Origin: the human T2T-CHM13v2.0 reference genome, Homo sapiens
Length of the DNA: 64,000 bases
Reading direction: 5' to 3' (one strand)
Assembly (NCBI RefSeq): GCF_009914755.1
Contig: NC_060945.1
How positions within the stretch are numbered: position 1 is the first letter of the stretch; every line of letters starts with the position of its first letter. Made by a program: the position numbers and the translations under genes. Shown here piece by piece: positions 50,397 through 64,000 of this stretch. The notes beneath the pieces were generated by a model, which did no database searches, was not told the DNA's origin, and was given only the letters and a program-made list of their open reading frames with translations.

Positions 50397-51054
50397 CATA
50401 GGTTAGCAATTTGCCACATTTTGCTGCTTCTTTATTTTTCTGAAGTATTTTAATATAAATTATGGATAGTATGACATTTCACTTCTAATTCTACAGTGCG
50501 TATGTTTTTTTTAAGTAACTTTTTTATAAAAGATGAGTTTTAATTAACTAAAACTGTTGAGTTTAAAACTACAGGGATTTCCAGTAGCAAAAAGCTTCCA
50601 TTATTCTTCCTATTGCTTTTTCTCCTAATAGCAAAGGTCAAGAAAAGAACTTGAACCTGCTAGAATTGTTCCAAGTACCAGCTGAGGCTTTATTCTTTGG
50701 TGTTTCAAAAAAAGCCTTGACAGTAGAAAGCTAAATTCTCTTTCATCATAAACCATTGATAAACTGTGGTCAAGTTGGGCCAAAAGCCAAATCCTTCCTC
50801 ACTGAAAAAAATGCTGTGGAAAGATTTCGCTAAATAACAGTAGCTCTTTCTTAACTAAGAATCTCAGTTAATATTTTGGTGCTTTTAAATGCAGAAAGAG
50901 GAAAGGGAGGGTAGAAAAAAGTGATAAAAGGAGAATCAGAAGAGAGAAAAGAAACAGATGATCTTATGAATCCCCAATTTATATCCCCCAATTAAGGCAT
51001 CTCTTTCTTCTGTCTCCCTATATCCCTTTCTATTCTAACATTATTGACCCACTA

Positions 51055-51380
<326 letters not shown>

Positions 51381-51539
51381 TACACTTTAAACAGAGACAG
51401 GGAGAAAATGTGTTCCAGTTCAGTGGCCGGGGGCAGTAAAGAAAAAAATAGCTGTAGTAGCTGAGTCCAGGTCGCTTACCATTTTGACATCTTTCCAGCC
51501 CTAGTATATGGTTTTGCTATTAGGAGAATTGCTTAATCT

Positions 51540-52156
<617 letters not shown>

Positions 52157-54443
52157 TTAATCTTTGTTTCTGAATTTGCAGACTCAAACATAAGAGCAGT
52201 GTAGTTTTCTATTTGAAAATGCCTTTAAGATCACATATCTCAGTCCCATTTTCTGTATACAAGGAACCAAAGTTCCAGAGGTGTTAGGTGGCTTCTCAGA
52301 CACTGGGTCTGAGGGAAAAGCTTTTTGCTTCTGGAATGGCCAGTATATCTCTACCTTTGATTTTTAGTGCTCCAGGATGTTGAGTCCCTATCCTAGGAAG
52401 GAATGACAAGGATGGTCACTTCCGCCACAGGCCCTCACCCTGCATCCTGCTTGTTAAACATCATCCACCCCAAGGGGCATTTTCAAAGCCTCTGCTGTTC
52501 CTTGCCATTGTGTGCCCTGGCTCCAAGCCAACAGACAAGCATTTGAACTTCTGTCTCTGTGATGACGTCTAGCTTCAGGGAATCAACAGCCTGGCCTTCT
52601 TTATAATGCTAAGCTTCAAGGAAGAAAATATCTTGCAAAACTGGTCCCATTCCCAGGAGCACTCCCATCTATAAGGTGCATGGCCAGCCTTATCATTCTG
52701 TGAAACAAGGAATCATTTTAAAGGCTGTGATACAAGAAAATATCTCCTTCTTTGACTTCTCCTGAGAAACAGAAATCTTGGCTAGTGGGGTAGACAGAAT
52801 GTTGTCACTTAACAGAATATCAGTTATGAAACTAAACATTAATCTGCTGCTGTTCCAGTAAGCTACTTTTCAGTAGGGCCTAAAAGAGCATTCCAGAAAG
52901 ACTAAAATCATCCACCTGGCTTAAAGGGGGCAGATCCAAGAACACAGCGGAATTTCTAAATCTTTGGAAGTGAAAATGCATCATTCTGTTTCTTGTACAT
53001 CCAATTTTCATTGTAGCAAGGGAGATCAAGTTTATCCATGGTCTCTGACATCTTCTCAAAGATTTCTAAAGACGAAAGAATGCAGCTGATGCTGTTATTT
53101 TAGGTATAGAATTCCGTCATCATTAAGAATTTGATTAACAAAAATATATATAAATGTTTACAGCTATTCATTAGAGAAAAAATGCGTTCAGGATACATAG
53201 TAAACACCAAATAAATCATAAGCAGCCTGTTGTTGCTACGTACACTCTTATTTATCTGTCTTAAGTTGGAGTACCTAATAAATTCTGTACTTCAAAAGAA
53301 TGTCCTAAGGTCTAGATCCATAAAAAGGGCAACAATGGATTTAATCTTTTTTTTTTCTGTACCCCAGGACAAATTCACAAAAATGCAAAGGATTATTCTG
53401 AAGTTGTGTTTTTCCTTGTTGGCACAGTGGGAGAAATATTCTCTTGGCGAATAGGCAAAGTAATAGAATCAGCTACTAATAACTCAAGTATTACTGTTGC
53501 CAATTTGGCCCCATGAATGAAACACTTTAAAAACTGCCTGACTTTTTTACTAAGTACCCTGAAGAAATAATTAGACAAGGGTATAAATGTATAAGAATGT
53601 GCATCACAGCTTTAAAATGTTTAAAAAAATCAAAGTGACCTAAAAGTAAATAAAATGCAGTTTGTTCAACAAGTTATTATATCCCTACGGCCAACACAAT
53701 GGTGCCGTCAGGGCTGATGTTGCAGTAGATTGGTTAACTTGGAAAGATGGTTGTAAGAATGAAGGTAACGTGGCTGAGCTGTAGAGTAAAGCCTTCAGAT
53801 ACAGATAGACCTGGAATCATGTCCTTGTTCTGCTGTTGGCCAACTGGATGATCTGGAAATTTATCTCACTCTGACCTTCATTTCTTTCATGTGAAGAATC
53901 AAAGTTGATAATGAAAATAGAACACTTGGCACTGAGACTGGCATATTGAGATACTGAAGCTTAAAAGTACCATCGGCTTAACAAATATGCTGTTGTTTTA
54001 AAAACTTATGTACGTTATATAATCATACTCCTGTCAAATGACATATGGATTTATATATTCATCCAGTAGCCAAATATTTATTGAGCATTTATTAACAGAC
54101 AAGCACTTTGTTAGGCAAAAAGACTATATAATAACAATAAGCCAAAAATGACACAGACTTTGCCTTCAAAGAGTCCTGCTCATGACTGATTGTGATCAAT
54201 TAAGTGTGAAACCCCAGCTATAATGCAAGAGAGGAAGGGGATAATGAGAGCTTGCAAGAGTGGGGTTGGATTCAGTTGGGAAGGGCAGGGAAGTTTCCTA
54301 AAGAAATGGCAGCTAAGCAGAGGCAGAAGGATGAGTAGGCTTTGACTAGATGAGATGGATATAAATGAGGAGCAGTGCACATAACAGTTAGGCACATTGA
54401 GTCTAGAGTCAGCCAGGTGTGCTTCCAAAGCTTGCTCCAGCAC

Positions 54444-55162
<719 letters not shown>

Positions 55163-56664
55163 AACAACTACCCACAAGCTGTCACAACTCTGGGCCTGTT
55201 GCTCAACTTCTCTGTCCCAGTGACCTCACCTGTAAAATGGAAATAATAGTTTTCCTTATTCAATATGATTATGAGGATTAAATTCTTAAAAGACACTATG
55301 AAAAAAGCTTAGCCTAGTGCCTAATGCATAGCAACTGTTCAGTAAATGTTAGATAATACTAAAGAAATAAAAGAATGAAGAACCAAATCAACTGCATAGC
55401 AGAAGCAGCATATGCCAAGGCTCTGTGGGAGCTCAATGAGAAAAAAAGATGAAGCCCTGTTGTTTGTTCTGCTTTTATTCTAAACACTGCTGGAAACCAT
55501 TGAGGATTTAAGCAGGGGCACTCTGTGGGCTCCATCCTCTTCCTCTCAACCTTTCTGCTACAGCCACACCTTCTGACTCTCTTTCTGTAGTACTTGTGAC
55601 AAGGCCTTTGCCCGTGATGTCCCCTTTTCACAGACTCTTCTTTCTACCTGCCTTCTCCTACCTCCTTCAGACTCCAGCCTTCAGATTCCCCTGTGAAGTC
55701 TTCCCTGACCTCCCTGATAGCACGTTCTTTTTTAATAGCACCCTCAGTGATCGCTTTGCCTGATTTATGTCTCTCTCTCCCACCTACATCTTCACAAGAT
55801 GAGACACTGTCTGTTATTGCGTGCAGTTGTGTCCCAGCCACTAGCATAGTGACTGGCCTATTGTAGGCTCTTATTTCCCACTGGATAATGGAAGATGGAA
55901 AGAATAGAAAAGAAAGAGGGAGGAGGAAAAGTAGAGGAAAATAAGGTGGGGTGGGGAGGCATTGAGGCCAGCTCAATTTCAGACATTGATTTTGAGTGGT
56001 ACATCTAGGTAGCCGTTTCTGAAAACAGGTGTGGAGGTCAAGAGAGGTAGACTAAGGAGTCCTTAGAACATGGGAACTCACTTAAGCCAGTGAATGAAGA
56101 AGAGCAGAGTCTTTGGATACAAGGCTTGAGGTCACTAACTATCAATATGGACAAGTTACGAAGTCACTGAATCCTCTTTAAGAGCCACACAGAGACAGAA
56201 CTTGATCCCAGCCACACAGACCCCCGATAGCATGCTTCCCATATCCCCAGGCTGGTCACTTGGAGCACCCTGAATATTGATGATACATAAATGAGACACT
56301 CCTAATGGTTTGGCTTCTGAAGTTTATTAGGTACTTACTGATATCCATCAGTTATAGATAGGGTTGTTGAAATACGCGTAATCATACCTTTCCCCCAGCT
56401 CCCGCTAAGGTGTTGCAGAGATCTAAAGAGAAAATGCACATGAAAATACTTTCCAAATATCAAGTGTCAAACATGTGAAGATGACATTGTCATTACAGAG
56501 ATCAAGTGACAATATTAAGGATGGTTTTTTTCTTTCTAGAAGGGAGAAATACATTGCATTAGAGTCCATCTTTTTAGACACTTTTGTGGTTGCCTCAGTC
56601 TATTCAAGGTTTTTTGTTTTTGTTTTTGTTTTAATTTGTACCACTCAATCTGTTTTAAGAAAAT

Positions 56665-57308
<644 letters not shown>

Positions 57309-57520
57309 GTGGTTAGGAGCATTGGTCTTGAACTCAGAAACATCTGGTTTAAATCTGGCTCAATTATTCCTAGTTGCCTGGTCCTGAGTTAGGGAATTTT
57401 CTAAGCCTTTGTTTCCGCATCTGTAAGATGGAAATAATAGTACCTCCTCACGAAACTGCTTGATGTTGCCTATAAAGTGTTTTGCACAATGCCATCCAAA
57501 TGGGCCTTAATAAATGTTAA

Positions 57521-57840
<320 letters not shown>

Positions 57841-58538
57841 TATCATCATTGTCTTTAAGAGTGCTCTGGAGAGCAGGGACCAAAGGAAAGAATTACTGAA
57901 TCTATCTCAATTCCTTTCAGCATCCTCAGATCTGGATTATATTACCCAAGGTACAAGATGTTGCATTAGACTGCATAACTCCCTGCAACAGAATGGAGAG
58001 TTCCTACCCTTCCCACTTGCTGTTTAATTAAGGACATATATTAAGCATAGCTGTCCTAAGCAGGGACTCTCGCGGGAAATAAAGTATAACTTAAGTCATG
58101 TTATATGCAGAAAGACAAATCTTTTCCCTGCCCATGTTTTGGAGACTGCACAGGAAAGACCTAATGTGTTTATTCCAGGCATGGCTCTTTTCTTATCTTG
58201 GAGAATGATCTTGAATAAGCCATTTCACCATTATGGGCCTCATTTTCCTTAACTGTGAAATGAATAAGGGAGAAATGGCGGGGAGTGAAGTTGGAAAGTA
58301 TCTGTACATTCTCCCCAAAGGTTTTCATTGTTAGGATTTCACGCTTGTAGACTAATGGATGCCTGTCCATCCTTTGTTTGATCCTGGCAAGTGTTTGTTA
58401 AATGTTATTTTCTCCCCCAAGAAAATTCCATTAAAAATCATTTTCATATCATCTAATTTCTTATAAAATTGCTAATTAACATTCAGTAAAGCACCAACTA
58501 CTGAGTTGATAATAAATATGTTTTATAAAAGAAAGAAG

Positions 58539-58858
<320 letters not shown>

Positions 58859-59198
58859 TTACTGATTTTAATTGGCAGGCAAAACTAATCTAATGATGTA
58901 ATTTAGAAGCAGACAATCCTGAAAGAGAATGTTCCTGCTTATAGTAATTAAAACCAGGTGAGGCTAGTGAGTTGTTAATGTTTCTTGAAGGTACGTTTTG
59001 AGTACTGTATTGTTATAAAATACCTGAAGGAAGGTGTCACTTTGGGAGAGTAAGGTAAGCTACATGCTGGAGACACCGTGGGCTTCCCTGAATAGGTTTA
59101 TTTGGCTAGAAAAGAGGGTGGGAGGGGCACAGCATGAATGTGCTTGTGGGCTCATCAGGACACAATGTTGAAGTCAGGCTTATTTCAAAAAGTGATCT

Positions 59199-59554
<356 letters not shown>

Positions 59555-60199
59555 TTAAAAACCTTACATTCTATCCATAAGAGCTTAAACTTACATGAGA
59601 GACACTTGGGAATGTATGTGGTTCTGGAAATAGGAGTATATTTTTCTCTAAATTTCAGAGTGTGGGCACACTTTCCAGCACCTTCTCCACACCCATGGGG
59701 AAAAATAAACCATCCAACACAGAAATACCAAATCTGAGATGTGAGAAGTCACTCCATTTAAACCCAGCCCTTTCCTTCATTGCTTGTTTTAGGAAATGTG
59801 CCTCGACACCCTAGTGTTACTTTGAATTCAGAATTAGAATGGGTGGAAAGAATTAAAAATGGTAAGCTGTCCCAAAACACCAAGTCCTCATTTATATTTA
59901 CCTGACAAAACTGCTTATAGAGTCAGAGTGAAAGTGATTGTGACAGGTGGGGGCAGGCACTATGCTCAAGGAGAAGAGAACAGAACTTAGAGGAACTCTG
60001 ACAGTATTTCCTCCCCATTCCTCCCAAATTGCCCCATGCTCCCTGGTGCAGTGATTCCTACAGGCAGAACCACAACGAAACCAGTTCCCAAACACTTGTT
60101 AATGAAGCAGTATTAACTGCCGCCATTTCTTTCACCATCCTTTTGCTGATGTTTTTTAAGTTAGGAATTTATTATTTGTTTTTATGTAAAAAAACACAC

Positions 60200-60636
60200 T
60201 GTCCTTTGACCAAAACTTTAGTCAGGGCCCTCTGAGTCCTTTTCTTGACTAGATCCAACCTTAGGCTTCCCTCTCTGTCTTTGTAGAATCCAGTTTGAGC
60301 AAGAATCCTGCTAAGTCAGTTTATTGAAAATTCCCCCCACCCAGTATCTGACCTTCGATATCTTGTCACCCTGGCCTGCCTTCAGCAAGAACCCTAACAA
60401 ATCAGTTTAGCTAGAAACCCCTTATCCTTGATGTTTCTTCTTAGTACTTTTTTGTCCACTGACACCCCCCCAAACCCTGCTACTGAGTTAGAAGTCCACT
60501 TGTCCTTGTTGTTGGAATTGAGTCCAATTTTTCTCCCCCACTGCTGCAGTAGTTCCCATACCTATCTCCATGGCCTCCCCTTTGAATAAAGTCTGCCTTA
60601 CCATCTTTAACAAGCGTCATGAATAGTTTTTTTCTT
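60200..60636 (+). mobile_element. ERV1 LTR (MER31-like)
   Basis: ttgaccaaaactttagtcagg...gcaagaatcctgctaagtcagttta...tgaataaagtctgccttacc. Confidence 0.7.
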
Positions 60637-60646
60637 GGAATGTTCC

Positions 60647-61339
60647 TGAAACCACCATTGCAAAATTATAACTGAGACAGTGAAAGAGACCTGACCTAAC
60701 CAACTCCATCTTCTAACCTCCAAGCTGATCTTGTTTATTCCTGGGCGTAGGCTGAACTAACTTTGGGAGGAACTTAGTTCATTGTTTATAGTTTGACACA
60801 AAGATGGTGACAACGTTTTCCCAAAACAAACCCCCTTCTTGCCTGGGGACTAGACTGCCTTTGTAGGACTAACAAATTAGCCACGAGATTAGAAATTATG
60901 GTTTAAGAGTCATTCAGGCGGAGGCTGTAAGATCCTGACCCTCCATAAACTGCTCCTAAAATCAGTGTTTGAGATATTTCGCAGACCCTGCACTTGATGG
61001 ATCAGCTGGTGCCACCCAGACGGAGAAACTGGCTCATCTGATCTTGTGGCCCCCACCCGGAACTGACTCAGCACAGAGGACAGTTTCAACTTCCTATGAT
61101 TTCATCTCCAACCCAACCAATCAGCACTCTCGACCCACTGGTCTTTCCCTCACCTACCAAGAATTATCCTTAAACACTCTGATCCCTGAATGCGGAGAGA
61201 CTGATATGAGTAATGATAAAACTCCATCTTCCACACAGCCAGCTCTGCGTGAATGACTCTTTCACCATTACAATTGCCCTGTCTTGATAAATCAGCTCTA
61301 TCTGGGCATCGGGCAAGGTGAACCCATTGGGTGGTTATA
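60647..61339 (+). mobile_element. Full-length solo LTR8 (ERV1)
   Basis: tgaaaccaccattgcaaaattataactgagacagtgaaagaga...attgggtggttata; 693 bp; 4-bp TSD ttcc. Confidence 0.85.
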
Positions 61340-61482
61340 TTCCTAACACAAAGAAATGATAAATGCTTGAGGACGTGGATATTCCAATTACCCTGCTTGC
61401 TACACTGTATGCTTGTATCAAATCATCACCTGTACCCCATAAATATATAAAACTATTATGTACCCATAATAATTAAAAAAAA
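61340..61482 (+). mobile_element. L1MA 3' end
   Basis: cacaaagaaatgataaatgcttgagg...tgtaccccataaatata...aattaaaaaaa. Confidence 0.8.
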
Positions 61483-62502
61483 TTTTAAATATTTTTAATA
61501 TATCTTATGCATTAGTTGCTTTACTAAGTATAAAACTCAAGTCTGCAAATTTTTTCTACACGTTTTTTGGAGGCTTGCTTTCTCTATTATCCATGTGGGC
61601 AATACCCTCATAGACACTAAATACAAGAGACAATTCTCAACCCTCTTTTTAGCCTTGGACTGTACAAACACCTCCACCTTTAGCTCCTGATTCTCTCCCA
61701 GTTCCTTTTGTACTTTTTGACTGCTCTTTCTTGTGTTCTTTCTCTGGGTTCTTTCTCTTCCTACCTCTTACTGCAGTTATTTCCTTAGATTTATCCATAA
61801 ACATTCACTTCTTTGTCTGATTGATCTCATTCACTGCTCCTGCCTTCTAGAAAGTTCCTCAAACAATAATCCATAGATTCGTTGCATCAGAATTAATCAA
61901 GGTACTTGTTAATAATACAGCTTCCTGGGGCTGCTGAGATTAAAACTTCTGAAACTCAGAATTTTAACATAATTTTAAGGAAAGAATCATAATGAAGGAG
62001 CTCCAAAGGATTCTGGGGAGAAGATAGTCCAGTGATCACTGTTCTAGAAGATGCTGCTAATATTTATATTTATTTCTTTAGTCAATCCTGAGGGTTTCCT
62101 GTTCTCTAGAGCACTCATTCTAACAGTCTACTGGTCACCCCAGCTATATTTCTCTCTCTCAACTCATCCCAAACCTGCAGGAATTATGTATGCCCTCTAT
62201 GTTTCTTATTCCTTTAATGACACTATTTATAACCTCCACATACAGCCACCTATGCTAGAAATCTGATACCTACATGTTCTCTCCTTTCTCACCCCTACAT
62301 CTAGCTGATAACATAATCCTGTTGACCATGTTTGTGAAATATCATCTGAATCCACCCGGTTTTTCATTTATCACACGGTGACCATTTACTTCACAACTTG
62401 GTCTCTTTCTCAGGATATTGTAATAGTTTAGACTTGACTAACACCCTGATTCTCTTTTCTGTAATCCATCCTGCACATTTCAATATGAGTCATCATTCTA
62501 GA

Positions 62503-63013
<511 letters not shown>

Positions 63014-63899
63014 TCTAAAATATGAGTCTTTTCTTATTGCTTTCAAAAAGCTCATTAGCTGTAGGATGAGGTCTAGACAGTAGCGTGAATGCTCTTCGTA
63101 CTCTAACCTCCCCTTCAGTTTCTACCACCACCACCACCTACCTCACTATCCCGATCCCACATACACTTTAGTACTGTAGAACCTTGCTTTTTCTAAATAA
63201 ACCATAATTTTTCAATCTCCTAGCTCTGGATCCTGCTGTTTCCTCTATGTAGAATGCCTCTCCTTTATGTCCTTCCCTTCAGAATTTGACCCATTTTTCA
63301 AGGTTTAATAAAGAAAGCCCTGGCCCCACTCCCAACAAAAGGAACATCCCCTTATCATGGACCTTGGACAAGCCATTTAGTGTCTCTCCGCCCAGTTTTC
63401 TCATCTGCAAAGTGGGAATGATAACATTTCCTCTTTTATGGAGTTGTTGGGGGATTAGATATTGCGTTATTCAGACTCCATCACTGAGAAAGCATGCAAT
63501 AAAAATAGCTGTTATTATTTTCTGTCCTCCTGTAACATTTACCATGTGGTATCAGGCATCTTTCCTGATAAGACTCTGTCTCCCCTCAAGACTGTGAGCT
63601 TGTTAGCAAGAAAGCCTCTATCTTGTTCATGGTTGTCCTTCAGCATCCAGCACATTGTTGCCATTTGTCAAATGCCTTGGCTGGGTGGCAAATAAATAAC
63701 TTAGTCAGTTACTCACATAGGATTGCATAGAATTTTTTTAAGTATGACATTTTTGTGTATATTTTTAGGGAGGAGTAAAAGACATATAGCTGTAGCAAGA
63801 ATTAGAAAAAAGAAGATGCCAACAACTTTTCTTTTTAAGCATCAAATCCTTCTCATTACTGCCCAGAAAAACTGGCATAAGCTGTTGTTAAATCTGTGC

Positions 63900-64000
63900 C
63901 CCTTCTCCTCGGTTGACTGGAGTACGAGTTTTAACATTTTGCCATTTTGACTTTCCTTTCTGGGCCCCCTGGGTCCTCTCCTCCCACCCCCTCCCTGGGT
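63900..64000 (+). promoter_or_regulatory. Rising GC content at window edge, probably the distal edge of the JAM2 promoter
   Basis: C-rich tracts at the end; JAM2 recalled as the next gene, its exons are not in the window. Confidence 0.35.

Overview
Human genomic DNA, recognisable as the chr21q21.3 interval MIR155HG - MRPL39 - (JAM2). The only supportable protein-coding gene is MRPL39 (mitoribosomal mL39) on the minus strand. I mapped it by hand: 10 constitutive coding exons with GT-AG boundaries and consistent phases give 338 aa, and an 89-nt alternative exon gives a 353-aa isoform. Its CpG-island promoter is at ~32.7-33.5 kb. The first ~740 bp look like the 3' end of MIR155HG (the miR-155 hairpin is not in the window), and the far right approaches the JAM2 promoter; both calls rest on recalled locus order. 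The rest is Alu, L1, L2/MIR, MaLR, ERVL/ERV1 and hAT-transposon sequence. I found no new multi-gene system, CRISPR array or foreign insert. The best unexplained signals are local rearrangements inside MRPL39 that could affect splicing: a ~235-bp inverted duplication starting 90 nt into intron 2, a duplicated copy of the exon-5 3' splice-site region just upstream of exon 6, and a latent Alu-monomer exon in intron 5. Repeat subfamily names are from memory of consensus sequences and need RepeatMasker/Dfam confirmation; repeat boundaries are approximate.
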